A DNA stretch of 64,000 bases from Myxococcota bacterium (GCA_965247115.1 CBDFGR010000003.1:1920001-1984000); one strand, 5' to 3'; shown: positions 8,973-18,210, numbered from the stretch's first letter. Notes: a model not told the origin generated them from the letters alone. Numbers and translations are program-made.

Positions 8973-10247
8973 CAGGCTGCGGAGAAAGTGACTGGTTGAG
9001 GGGTGGTCCTTCCGACGAGGGGGTTCACCGGCCGAGGGGCGGGGCGCGATTCCCGGTTCGAACCGGTCTTGGGCTCCGCTGATCGCGGGGCGGTTTCGCA
9101 CATGACCTACGTGGCCTCCAGCAGCTTGCGGATCCGGATCAGGTTGTAGGCTGCGGCCGTGAAGGTGAAGACCCAGCCGACCCGATCCGTGCCGCGGTGT
9201 CGGGTCTTGCGCATCAGCCCCACGGTCTTCATCCAGCCGAAGACCTCTTCCACCCGTTTGCGAAAACGCTGACTCAGTTCGTAGCCCCGGTGGCGCGTCG
9301 TCCGCCCGTCGATCGCGCTGCGTCGATTCGTCGTGTTCTGCGCCACGTGTGGGGTCACGCCCAACTCTCGAAGCTCTTCCACGAACCCCTTCGTGTCGAA
9401 GCCCTTGTCTCCGCCCAATGTCCTCCGACGCCCGCCTCCCAGACCTTCCACCATCTCGAGCGCCGCTTCGCGCTCCGCATATCCCGACGCCTGCGTGAGC
9501 TTCGCCGCGACCACCAAGCCGTTCCGGTTCTCCGTCACCACGTGTCCCTGGTACGCGAGTCGGGCGCCTTGGCCTCTCATACCGGCGAGTCGTGCGTCGG
9601 GATCCGTCGTCGACGCATGCGTCTGGTTGCTCCGCTTCTCGCCTCGGAAGTTCACCGTCGGGTTGCCCGGGTCATCGTCGTCTCTCCGTTCCTCGTCCTT
9701 CCGTACGAAGCTCTTCTGGCTCGCCCACGCCTCGATCAGCGTCCCGTCTACCGTGAAGTGCTCCAACGACACCCATCCCTCGGTCTCGGCCTGCTCCAGC
9801 ACTGCGTCGAAGAAGTGCTCGGCAATCTCGCCCTTGAGCAGCCGGTCTCGGTTCTTCGTGAACACCGTGGCGCTGAACACCACCTCGTCAAGCTCCAGAC
9901 CCACGAACCAGCGATACAGCAGGTTGTACTCCAGCTGCTCCACCAGCTGCCGCTCGCTCCGGATGGTGTAGAGCACCTGCAGCAGCAGGGCGCGCAGCAG
10001 CTGCTCCGGGGGCACGGACGGGCGCCCTACGCCTCTGGCGTAGATCGCGTCGAAGCGCGGCGATAGCCGCTGCAGCGCCGTGTCGACCATGCGCCGCATC
10101 GCTCGAAGCGGATGATCATCCGGAATCCGCGACTCCAGCGACACGTAGCTGAACATCCCGCCCTGAAGCGTCCCCTGTCCTCTCACGCCTCCCCCTTTGG
10201 GGCTCGCTCCCAAGGTACCCTTCGATGAGGAGTTTTTCAGCAGCCTG
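8973..10247 (-). mobile_element. IS5-family insertion sequence, copy 1 (1275 bp)
   Basis: Terminal IRs CAGGCTGCGGAGAAA / CAGGCTGCTGAAAAA (13/15); CTAG on both sides (8969-8972, 10248-10251); same sequence at 52381-53655. Confidence 0.93.
9107..10186 (-). CDS. IS5-family DDE transposase
   Basis: GTG start after GGAGG; FSYVSLESRIPDDHPLR, GRPSVPPE, VDGT, GDKGFD, RKRVEEVFGW.K. Confidence 0.92.
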   Translation of the reverse strand: MRGQGTLQGGMFSYVSLESRIPDDHPLRAMRRMVDTALQRLSPRFDAIYARGVGRPSVPPEQLLRALLLQVLYTIRSERQLVEQLEYNLLYRWFVGLELDEVVFSATVFTKNRDRLLKGEIAEHFFDAVLEQAETEGWVSLEHFTVDGTLIEAWASQKSFVRKDEERRDDDDPGNPTVNFRGEKRSNQTHASTTDPDARLAGMRGQGARLAYQGHVVTENRNGLVVAAKLTQASGYAEREAALEMVEGLGGGRRRTLGGDKGFDTKGFVEELRELGVTPHVAQNTTNRRSAIDGRTTRHRGYELSQRFRKRVEEVFGWMKTVGLMRKTRHRGTDRVGWVFTFTAAAYNLIRIRKLLEAT

Positions 10248-10830
10248 CTAGGCCGGTCTGAACAAAGAAGTGGTCGGCATCGCGAATCACGCCGACGCGT
10301 GCGTCGGGCAGCGGCGAGAACAGCTCGGAGAGCTCGTCCGCCGGAGCGAACTCGTCCTGACTGCCCACGACGATGTGCACGGGCTTCCGTAGACGCTCGA
10401 GGTCGAGCGCCTTTATCAGCTCGACCGGCGGGGCCACGAGCACGAGCTTTGTCACGCGATCGTCATGGAGCCCAAGCCGCAGTGCCGCGGCCGCCCCGAA
10501 CGAGTATCCGGCAGCGGTGACCGGAGCGCCCGAGTTCTCGATCACGAGCTCGAGTGCTGCCCGGTAGTCGCGCTCGGCAGCGCCGAGATCTCCCGTCGTC
10601 CTGCCCTGGCTTGCGCCGACCCCGCGCCAGTTGAAGCGCAGCGAGGCGGACCCCTGCCGGTACAACGCGTGCGCGATCTCGTTCACGACGGGATTGTCGA
10701 AGCTGCCCCCATACAGCGGATGGGGCGGTGCGACGACGGCAGCCGGAGGGTCGCCGCTCTGCCACACTCCCTCGAGCACCAGCCCCTCGTCTTCGACCGG
10801 GACGGTGACCATGAGCTCTCTCCAGGCCAC
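10237..10830 (-). CDS. Alpha/beta hydrolase, probably C-terminally truncated by the IS
   Basis: PHPLYGGS, RFNWRGVG.S.G, GYSFG nucleophile elbow, ADHFF; the final codons (AGC*) are read from the IS end. Confidence 0.85.
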   Translation of the reverse strand: MAWRELMVTVPVEDEGLVLEGVWQSGDPPAAVVAPPHPLYGGSFDNPVVNEIAHALYRQGSASLRFNWRGVGASQGRTTGDLGAAERDYRAALELVIENSGAPVTAAGYSFGAAAALRLGLHDDRVTKLVLVAPPVELIKALDLERLRKPVHIVVGSQDEFAPADELSELFSPLPDARVGVIRDADHFFVQTGLAGC

Positions 10831-10834
10831 GCGC

Positions 10835-12328
10835 TCATCGTACCAGAGTGCCGGCGAGGCAGGTCTCGATCAGCAGGTCGATGTCGAGCGCTCCCAGGCC
10901 GAGCTGCGAGGCGATCTCTTCCACGCTGTAGGTCGCACCGGTGTTCCAGAGCTCCTTCAGCAGATCCCCTGCTGCCCGCTCGCGCCAGAAGCGCCGACCG
11001 AAGCGTTCCCGCAGCAGCTCGGAGAGCTGCGCTTCGAGACACCAGCCACGCAGGCAATCTACACTCGAAAGGGTCGGGGCGGCAGCGAGCAGGTAGCCCT
11101 CCGCGCCCCAGCGGCAGCCCGTGGCCTCGCTCAGCTCCTCCGCGTAGACAGCGTCTAGCCCCGTCGGGTCGGCGGCGGCCTCCAGGGCCGAGAGCTCGAG
11201 CTCGAAACGGACCCGTGCCGCACAGCGCCGCAGCTCCGAGCAGCGGCGAAGCCAGCTGGCAGGACGGTAGCTCTCTGCGCGGGCAGCGGGTGGGCCGGTC
11301 TCGATCCAGACGGGATCGGCCAACCTCGCGCTGAGGAGCGCTCCCCAGGCTTCTTCCAGCGCGAGGTCGGAGCTGCGGCGACGCACCACCGGGAGTGAGG
11401 GCGAGGTGTACAGGAACTGGAGCGCGCGGCCTGTCTCGTGCAGAAGGCCGGCGTGGGCAGGCACGCCCGATCGCGGCCAACCGACCAGGACGACCTCCTC
11501 GGGGACGCGCGGCGCCAGACAGAACGGTGCAGCCTGCTTGCCCGCCCGCTCCACCAGGTCGATCGCCAGACCCGGCAGCCGATCGAGGGGAACTCCCATG
11601 CCCTCGAGGGTGAAGGCCAGCACGGCTCCCGACTTGTCGGCCGGGAACAGCTTGTCGTGGTCGGCGAGCCGCTCGACCCTGAGCACGTCGCCGAGATGCG
11701 CCGCTGCCGGAGCGACGCCGACTGCAGCGAACGCCTCGCGCAACGCATCCGCGTGGACCGACGCCGTCTCGTCGAGCAAGCGGGTTGCCGCGGTCCCCCA
11801 CAGCTCGTAGTCAACACCCGGGCGCCGGGCCTCGGCCCAGGCACGCCGGGTCGCATACCCCAGCCTGGCCAGCTGCTCCCCTCGCGCGGTGAAGAGCTCC
11901 TCGCGCAGCGGGTTGAGCTCGGCCCACGCCCTGTCGAGCCCGAGCTGGAGCTCCGTTCTCTTCGAAGCCTGCGATTCCTCCGCCAGCTGTGCGGCCCAGA
12001 CTCGAGCCTCCGCGTCCCGCTCGCCCACGCGAAAACGCTGCGAGCGCTCACGTTCCCACAGCTGCAGCTCGGGGTGGAGCACGCCGCTGGCGCCTACGGC
12101 GTCCTGCACCGCGTGGAGCAGGCGCAAGAGCTCCTGGCGTGGCGCCTCCAGGTGCTCCGCCTCGTGCTCCCGGGCCAGATCGTCGAGGCAGTCTCCGGAG
12201 GTCACGTCGGCAAAGGTGTCGTAGACCTGGTGGAGCTTCGGCAGCGGTTGGCGTCCGGAGCGAAACAAAAGCAGCTCTCGCTCGCGGGCTTCGAGGTACG
12301 CCTCGTAGCGGTCTCGGACGTCTGCCAT
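10835..12328 (-). CDS. M3/oligoendopeptidase-like protein with degenerate zinc motif
   Basis: GKQAAPFC...VPEEV, LLHETGRALQF (HExxH-like), EEAWG, FGRRFW...AGDLLKELWNTG. Confidence 0.6.
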   Translation of the reverse strand: MADVRDRYEAYLEARERELLLFRSGRQPLPKLHQVYDTFADVTSGDCLDDLAREHEAEHLEAPRQELLRLLHAVQDAVGASGVLHPELQLWERERSQRFRVGERDAEARVWAAQLAEESQASKRTELQLGLDRAWAELNPLREELFTARGEQLARLGYATRRAWAEARRPGVDYELWGTAATRLLDETASVHADALREAFAAVGVAPAAAHLGDVLRVERLADHDKLFPADKSGAVLAFTLEGMGVPLDRLPGLAIDLVERAGKQAAPFCLAPRVPEEVVLVGWPRSGVPAHAGLLHETGRALQFLYTSPSLPVVRRRSSDLALEEAWGALLSARLADPVWIETGPPAARAESYRPASWLRRCSELRRCAARVRFELELSALEAAADPTGLDAVYAEELSEATGCRWGAEGYLLAAAPTLSSVDCLRGWCLEAQLSELLRERFGRRFWRERAAGDLLKELWNTGATYSVEEIASQLGLGALDIDLLIETCLAGTLVR

Positions 12329-12364
12329 GCAGCGCGAGATTCTAGGCTACTCTGGGCGCGCGGC

Positions 12365-12910
12365 ATGTCTGCCGACGGAAAAACCATCAAGAGACGCGTG
12401 CTCTGGGAGGGCAGCGTCGGAAGCTTCGCCATCGAAAAGGCCGAGCTCCCTGGCGGACAAAATGTGGAGCTGGCGGTGCTGCAGCATCCCGGAGCCGCAG
12501 CCGTGGTTCCCTGCTTCGACGAGGACCGGATCCTGTTGCTGTGGCAGTACAGGCACGCGGTCGGAAAACATCTCTTCGAGGTGCCCGCCGGGAAGCTCGA
12601 TCGCGACGAGGACCCCGAGCACTGCGCGTTGCGCGAGCTCGAGGAGGAGACGGGCTACCGAGCCAGGCACATCGAGCGCACGGGCGAGATCGTCACGACG
12701 CCCGGCTTTTCCGACGAGCGCATTCATCTGTTTCTGGCGTGGGGGCTCGAGGCCGGCGTCCTCGCCCGCCAGCCGGGCGAGCGGATCGAGCTGCGCGAGC
12801 TCCGGCTCTCCGAGGCGCTGGACATGGTGCGCGCCGGTACGATCGTCGACGCCAAGAGCATCGTCGCGCTCCAGCTCGCGGCGCCGCGGGTTGCCGATGG
12901 CCTCTGCTAG
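12365..12910 (+). CDS. NUDIX hydrolase (ADP-ribose pyrophosphatase-like)
   Basis: HPGAAAVV, EVPAGKLD...ALRELEEETGY Nudix box, TPGFSDE, IVDAKSI. Confidence 0.9.
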   Translation: MSADGKTIKRRVLWEGSVGSFAIEKAELPGGQNVELAVLQHPGAAAVVPCFDEDRILLLWQYRHAVGKHLFEVPAGKLDRDEDPEHCALRELEEETGYRARHIERTGEIVTTPGFSDERIHLFLAWGLEAGVLARQPGERIELRELRLSEALDMVRAGTIVDAKSIVALQLAAPRVADGLC

Positions 12911-13817
12911 GGCGGCTCCCCGTCTTGGTGTCTCGTTCACCGGTTGTCGGCTACGCCTGCCTCAGATCCGCAGACTGGCGCGCCTCGCGGACGAGCTCGG
13001 CTACCCGACCATCCTGGTCGACGGCGATGCCTCACTCTTGCCCGCCCGCCCGGAGTCGCCCATCTACGACTCGAGCGTGCTGCTGGCCGACACGCTCGCC
13101 GCCACTCGACGCGCTCGGGTGGGCTCGATCCGCTTGCCGGCATTCTGGAATGCGGTGCTGCTGGCCCGAAGCCTGGCAACGCTCCAGGAGGCGAGCTCCG
13201 GGCGTGCGCTGGCCCTGCTCGGTGTGGGCTCGGGACGACACGAGGAGAGTCTCGGCCTGCCCTCCTACTCCGCAGCGGCACGCGTAGACCACTTGGAGGA
13301 GCTGGTCGACGCCCTGCGCGCCCTGCTCGCCGGGGAACGGATCTCGCGGAGCGGTCGCTACGTACGCTGCCGCGACGTGGCCGTTACACCACCGAGCACG
13401 CCGCCACCGCTCATCGTCTCGGCCGCAAGCCCCGGCGCGCTCCGGGTCGTGGAGCGCCACGCGGACGTCTGGGACGCGAACGTGCCTCCCGTGGCGGAGC
13501 GTCTGCTTCCTCTGCGAGAGAAGATCTCGCGTCCGATCGAGACCTGGAGCTGGATCTTCGCCCGCCCTGGCGCGGAGCTGGAGCCGGCGATTCGAGAGTA
13601 CCGTCGCTACTCGCCGTGGTTCGGAGACCTGCCAGAGCATGTGCTGTCTGGCGCGCTGCTCTGGGGCGAGCCGCAACGCTGCACAGATCGACTTGCACAG
13701 CTCGGGCATACGCTGGGCATCGATGTCGCGATCCTGGATCTGGCAGGCCTCGACGAGCCGGACGCACGGCGAGCGCTCGAAGCGCTGGCGCCAGCAGACA
13801 CCGAGCGGATTCCCTAG
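12897..13817 (+). CDS. LLM-class flavin-dependent oxidoreductase
   Basis: ARLADELGY, ATRRARVG, LARSLATLQEASSGR..LGVGSG luciferase-like pattern. Confidence 0.75.
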   Translation: MASARAAPRLGVSFTGCRLRLPQIRRLARLADELGYPTILVDGDASLLPARPESPIYDSSVLLADTLAATRRARVGSIRLPAFWNAVLLARSLATLQEASSGRALALLGVGSGRHEESLGLPSYSAAARVDHLEELVDALRALLAGERISRSGRYVRCRDVAVTPPSTPPPLIVSAASPGALRVVERHADVWDANVPPVAERLLPLREKISRPIETWSWIFARPGAELEPAIREYRRYSPWFGDLPEHVLSGALLWGEPQRCTDRLAQLGHTLGIDVAILDLAGLDEPDARRALEALAPADTERIP

Positions 13818-13828
13818 GCTCTAGCAGC

Positions 13829-14599
13829 ATGCCGGACCGCTACCGAAACCAGCGCTACCGGCCTCCATCGGGCGGCCTCGGCTTCGGTGGCGGCGGCCTG
13901 ACCCCGATGGTCCAGCGTCTGCTGATCGCGAACGGTGTGGTCTTCCTGGTGCAGATCTTCACGGATCCGACCACGAAGCTCGCCAGCACGCTCGGTGTCA
14001 GCGTTTACGGCGTGTTCCAGGCTGGGCAGATCTGGCAGCCGTTCACGTACATGTGGGCGCATTGGAGCTTCCTCCACATCTTGTTCAACATGTTCGCCCT
14101 GTGGATATTCGGGCCACAGCTGGAGCTGACGTGGGGCTCCAGACGCTTCCTGCGCTTCTATCTCCTGTGTGGCGTGGGTGCCGGACTTATCATTCTGGGC
14201 TGGAACGTGCTCCTCGGCGGTGCGGCGTCCGTCACGCTCGGAGCCTCGGGAGCGGTGTTCGGACTGCTGACCGCGTTCAGCTTGATGTGGCCCGACCAGA
14301 CCATCTCGCTGATCTTCCCGCCCGTCTCCTTCAAGGCGATCTGGTTCATTCCCATCCTGTTCGTGATGCAGCTCATGATGTCCGACGGGAACATCAGCCA
14401 CATCGGTCACCTCGGTGGCGTACTCGTGGCCGGGTTCATCCTGCGAGAGGAGCTGCGCCGCGTCGTGGGATTCAGCAGCCTGCGTTATCGCTGGCACCGC
14501 TGGCGAACGCGCGGTCGGCTTCGAGCGGTTCGCCGCGAGGAGTTCGAGCGCCGACGCTCGCAAACCGACGACGACGACGATCAGCCCACGCTCCATTGA
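13829..14599 (+). CDS. Rhomboid family intramembrane serine protease
   Basis: WQPFTYMWAH, HILFNM, GASGA (catalytic Ser), GHLGG (catalytic His). Confidence 0.93.
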   Translation: MPDRYRNQRYRPPSGGLGFGGGGLTPMVQRLLIANGVVFLVQIFTDPTTKLASTLGVSVYGVFQAGQIWQPFTYMWAHWSFLHILFNMFALWIFGPQLELTWGSRRFLRFYLLCGVGAGLIILGWNVLLGGAASVTLGASGAVFGLLTAFSLMWPDQTISLIFPPVSFKAIWFIPILFVMQLMMSDGNISHIGHLGGVLVAGFILREELRRVVGFSSLRYRWHRWRTRGRLRAVRREEFERRRSQTDDDDDQPTLH

Positions 14600-14640
14600 T
14601 CCAACGGGAACGGAACGCGCGCCAAGTGCGCCAATGAGGG

Positions 14641-14675
14641 AAAGGGCCCTGGAATCCGAATTCCAGGACCCCTTT
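14641..14675. terminator. Intrinsic terminator hairpin, probably bidirectional
   Basis: AAAG-GGGTCCTGGAAT-TCGG-ATTCCAGGGCCC-TTT on the minus strand: 12-bp stem with one G-U, flanked by A/T runs; lies between convergent units. Confidence 0.75.
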
Positions 14676-14800
14676 CAGAGTTCCTCTCCGACCCACGGAC
14701 CAGCGACCAGCCTACGACTCCTACAGGCTTTGAACGTCTCCAGGCTTTGCTCGCAATGGGTGGGGTTAATCGCTCGTCCGTTCCTCACTCCCCACTAGCC
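14641..14800 (-). ncRNA. Putative orphan small RNA (~160 nt), unassigned family
   Basis: Own TTGACA-N18-TAGACT promoter, several stems, 9 GGA motifs, ends in the terminator; no credible ORF. Confidence 0.6.
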
Positions 14801-14805
14801 GATTC

Positions 14806-14835
14806 AGTCTAGTTTGCCCGCTTGCGGACTGTCAA
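14806..14835 (-). promoter_or_regulatory. sigma70-type promoter at the 3' end of the RlmD-like gene
   Basis: TTGACA (14835-14830) N18 TAGACT (14811-14806); same -10 hexamer as the rplU promoter. Confidence 0.7.
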
Positions 14836-15930
14836 CTTGTTAAGCACGGAAACGACTTCCACGTGATGCGTCTGTGGCAGCGAATCCATCACGATGAGTC
14901 TCGTCAGTCGCAGCTCGCTCGCGCACCTGGCGAGATCCCGAGCCAGGGTGGCAGGATCGCACGAAACGTAGACGACGCGCTCGGCACTGCTCTGGCACAC
15001 GGCGTCTAACACAGATCTGTGACATCCCTCGCGCGGCGGATTCAACAGAACCAGCTCGGGAGCTAGCCGCGCGAGCTCGCGCGGAGTCCAGTCTTCGGCC
15101 GCTGCCCGTATTACACTCACCTGTGTATTCTGCTGCGCCTGGCGCGCGGCGACGCCGCGCTCGATGGCGATCACACGCGCGAAGCGCTCGGCGAGACCCA
15201 CAGTGTAAAAGCCAACGCCCGCGTAGAGCTCGACCGCCAGCTCGCCCGTCCCGCAGGCCTCCACCACGACCTCGTACCAGCGCTCCCAGAGCGCGCCGTT
15301 GGCCTGGAAAAAATCCCTGGGCGAGATCTGATAGGTACGGGGCCCGACCCGTACCGTCTCGCCGTAGCTACGGATTTCCAGCTCGCCGCGTCCCTTTGGA
15401 GGGTTCTCGCGCAGCTCCGTCAGCGCCTCCTGAGCCCCCGCGTCCAGAACCGCGCAGCGCTCGACGTCTACCAGCTCGCGCGAGCCGCGGGCGCGGAAGC
15501 CCACCTGCCCAGGCCCGTAGGCCACGCGCGCACGCGCCCGATACGCAAACACCTGGGGTGAGGGAACGAGTTCGACCGGCGGCAGCGCGTCGAGCCCGCC
15601 GATCCGGCGCAACGCCTCGCACACGATCGCCACGCGGGCGCGGCTCTGCTCGGCAGCATCGATGTGCATCCAGTCGCAGCCCCCGCAACGGCTGTAGTAC
15701 GGGCACGGTGCCTCTCTGCGCTCAGGACCCGGCTCGACGATCTCGACGATCTCCGCTCGCAGCCAGCGCCGTCGGGCGCGCGTCACGCGAACACGCAGCG
15801 TGTCGCCGGGCGCGCTGAGCGGCACGAAGACGACGAGTCCAGCGTGGCGACCCACGCCCATCCCACCCGCGGCGAGGGAATCGATCCGCAGCTCGAGCTC
15901 GTCGCCGGGCTCCGGCGGAGTCACTGGCAT
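14809..15930 (-). CDS. TRAM-domain RNA (uracil-5-)-methyltransferase, RlmD/TrmA family
   Basis: TRAM N-terminus; CPYYSRCGGCDW Fe-S motif; FFQAN; ELYAGVG; NPPR; YVSCDPATLARD; PQTHHVE. Confidence 0.9.
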   Translation of the reverse strand: MPVTPPEPGDELELRIDSLAAGGMGVGRHAGLVVFVPLSAPGDTLRVRVTRARRRWLRAEIVEIVEPGPERREAPCPYYSRCGGCDWMHIDAAEQSRARVAIVCEALRRIGGLDALPPVELVPSPQVFAYRARARVAYGPGQVGFRARGSRELVDVERCAVLDAGAQEALTELRENPPKGRGELEIRSYGETVRVGPRTYQISPRDFFQANGALWERWYEVVVEACGTGELAVELYAGVGFYTVGLAERFARVIAIERGVAARQAQQNTQVSVIRAAAEDWTPRELARLAPELVLLNPPREGCHRSVLDAVCQSSAERVVYVSCDPATLARDLARCASELRLTRLIVMDSLPQTHHVEVVSVLNKLTVRKRAN

Positions 15931-15931
15931 C

Positions 15932-16591
15932 TCAGCGGCCGAGCAGGCTGATCTTCGTCTCGCTCCCGATCCGGAGCTCGACCGCGTCCGGATCGATCCG
16001 AGACACGAGCAGGCCCGCGACGATGTCGCCCTCGCGTGCGAGGAGCTCCGGGTGATCGGCCACGCGCAAATGCGCCTCGCGACGCGCGGCGTCCGGGTGC
16101 CAGCGGATCTGTACCACCCTCACCTCGGGAAACTCGATGGGCTCGATGGCCTCGGCGACGGCGGACTCCTCCGGCGCAGCGGGCGCGGTCGCGCCTGGCT
16201 CGCCGGTTCCCGTTTCGGCTGGTGAATCCACCGTGCTCGGCCGACCCGCCGCGACGTCCGGAGCTTCGGCCAGCTCGATGTCGTCCAGACCGAGCGGCGC
16301 GCGATTCGGCGACTCCGAGAGCTCGAGCGCATCACTCGCCAGGGCCAGCGACGGACTCGCCCCTGGAGACCGGCTCTCCGCATCGAGCCACCCGTCCGGG
16401 AGAGGCCGAAGCCAGTAGCCCACGCCGCTCACCACGAGCAGCGCGGCCAGCGCCGCTCCGAGCCACGGCAACACACTCCGGCGTCGCGGCGCCGAAAGCG
16501 AGAGCAGATCGGTCACCGACTGCTCCAGCGGGGCCAGCTTCGCTTCCCGCTCGCGCTGCAGCTTGCGCAGGGCATCCAGCACGGTGCTCAC
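15932..16591 (-). CDS. ExeB/GspB-like secretion accessory protein
   Basis: MSTVLDALRKLQRER N-terminus typical of GspB; one TM segment; downstream of ExeA. Confidence 0.7.
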   Translation of the reverse strand: MSTVLDALRKLQREREAKLAPLEQSVTDLLSLSAPRRRSVLPWLGAALAALLVVSGVGYWLRPLPDGWLDAESRSPGASPSLALASDALELSESPNRAPLGLDDIELAEAPDVAAGRPSTVDSPAETGTGEPGATAPAAPEESAVAEAIEPIEFPEVRVVQIRWHPDAARREAHLRVADHPELLAREGDIVAGLLVSRIDPDAVELRIGSETKISLLGR

Positions 16592-18210
16592 GAGCTCCCT
16601 CCGTCGTCCAGCAATCGCGGCGCGGAGTAGTGAAGCTCCTGATACAGGGCGATCATCGTCTCGGGACCAATCTCTCCGCTGGCCTCCAGGCCATGTGCGC
16701 TCTGGAAACGGCGAACCGCCGCGACCGTAAGCGCATCGTACTCCGCGGAGGGATCCCCCTCCTGCAAGTACCCCAGCTCAGAGAGGCGGACCTGTACCCA
16801 GCGCACCGCGCTGCCCGCCATTCCCGGTGCCAGGGCCGGCAGCGACTCGAAGTTGCGCCAGAGCAGGAACCCCCGGCCGTTCCAGCGCAGGTCGAGCTCC
16901 CCCGTCGAGAGCAGGTGAGGGCGCCCGTCGAGCAAGACGCTCGCCGAGTCCCCGTCGAGCCCGAGCAGCGCCAGGTAGCGTAGCTCGCCGGGATCCAGCT
17001 CCAGCTCCAGAATCGCGGGCACGTTCAACCCCGCGAGCTCTTCGCGCGTGAACTGGGAGGCGAAGACGCGCAGCGACGAGAGCTCGCGCACGACCGAGGG
17101 CAGCAAGTTTGGGTCGAGCTCGGGCTGGACAGGATCGCTATAGCCCCAGCGCCCGAGGACGACCTGCAGCGCGGCGGCGGCGCTCGTCTTCGCGCTCTGC
17201 TCCGCGAGGGTGACCCGAAACTCTTCTGCGTCCAGCGGCCTGGCCGGCGCTGCGCTCACGGGCCGAAGGGCAACACCCCGAAACAGGGCCCAGCGTTCGC
17301 CACCCACGAGCAGCAGCGCGGCGACCACGCCGCCCAGCGCGCCGGCCAGGAGTCCTGCCGTGATCGATCGCCCCGGCCGCCACGAGCGTAGCCAGCCCAC
17401 CCGCTGCGATGCGGGCAGCTCCCTGGCGGCGCGGTAGACCACGGCCGCGTCGACGCTGCGCTCGCCACGGGAGTAGGCCGCGAGCAGCGCGCGGTCCGCG
17501 ACCGCGTTCAGAATCCGCGGTACCCCGCGCGAGACCCGGTACATCGCACGGGCGGCAGACGCCGTGAACGGGTTCGGGGAGCGCAGGCCTGCGACACCGA
17601 GCCGATGCTCCAGGTACTCCAGCACCTCATCGCGCTGGAAGGGGCGCAGCTGCCAGCGCACCGAGATGCGCTGGCGCAGCTGGCGCAAGTCCCCACGCCG
17701 GAGATTCTCGTCGAGCTCCGGCTGACCGATCAGGACGATCTGGATCAGCTTCCCGTTCTCGGTCTCCAGGTTCGAGAGCAGCCGAATCTGCTCGAGCACC
17801 GCGGGGCCGAGGTTCTGCGCCTCGTCGATCACGAGCAGGACCTGACGCCCCGCGGAGTACTTCTCCAGCAGGAAGAAGTTGAGCTCGTCGATCAGCTCCC
17901 CTCGCGTGGCGCCCCGCGCACGCAGTCCGAACTCGCGGTTGATCGAGGAGAGCAGCTCGATCTCTGTCTGGCTCGGGTTGAAGATGTAGGCGAGCTCCAG
18001 ATCGCTGCCGAGTCGCGCGAGCAGCGTGCGGCACAGCGTGGTCTTGCCGGTTCCGACCTGACCGATCACCTCGATGAAGCCCTCGCCCTGCTCGATCCCG
18101 TAGACCAGATGGGCGAAGGCCTCGCGGTGGGAGCGCCCCATGAACATGTACTTCGGGTCGGGCGCGAGGGCGAATGGCCGCTCGTCGAGCCCGAAAAATT
18201 CCGTGTACAC
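16588..18210 (-). CDS. ExeA/GspA AAA ATPase with C-terminal peptidoglycan-binding domain
   Basis: YTEFFGLDERPF; GQVGTGKTT; IDEAQNL; LIGQPEL; AVRRFQSAHGL...G.IGPET. Confidence 0.9.
   Translation of the reverse strand: MYTEFFGLDERPFALAPDPKYMFMGRSHREAFAHLVYGIEQGEGFIEVIGQVGTGKTTLCRTLLARLGSDLELAYIFNPSQTEIELLSSINREFGLRARGATRGELIDELNFFLLEKYSAGRQVLLVIDEAQNLGPAVLEQIRLLSNLETENGKLIQIVLIGQPELDENLRRGDLRQLRQRISVRWQLRPFQRDEVLEYLEHRLGVAGLRSPNPFTASAARAMYRVSRGVPRILNAVADRALLAAYSRGERSVDAAVVYRAARELPASQRVGWLRSWRPGRSITAGLLAGALGGVVAALLLVGGERWALFRGVALRPVSAAPARPLDAEEFRVTLAEQSAKTSAAAALQVVLGRWGYSDPVQPELDPNLLPSVVRELSSLRVFASQFTREELAGLNVPAILELELDPGELRYLALLGLDGDSASVLLDGRPHLLSTGELDLRWNGRGFLLWRNFESLPALAPGMAGSAVRWVQVRLSELGYLQEGDPSAEYDALTVAAVRRFQSAHGLEASGEIGPETMIALYQELHYSAPRLLDDGGSS

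Noticed and set aside
14472..14696. 74-aa minus-strand ORF inside the sRNA region
   Set aside because: Runs through the terminator and antisense into the rhomboid gene; no protein-like features
14730..14825. c-di-GMP-I or cobalamin riboswitch (GGGCAAAC...; GCAAAGCCTGGAGAC)
   Set aside because: Only fragments match, spacing is wrong, part overlaps the promoter itself, and there is no downstream gene on that strand
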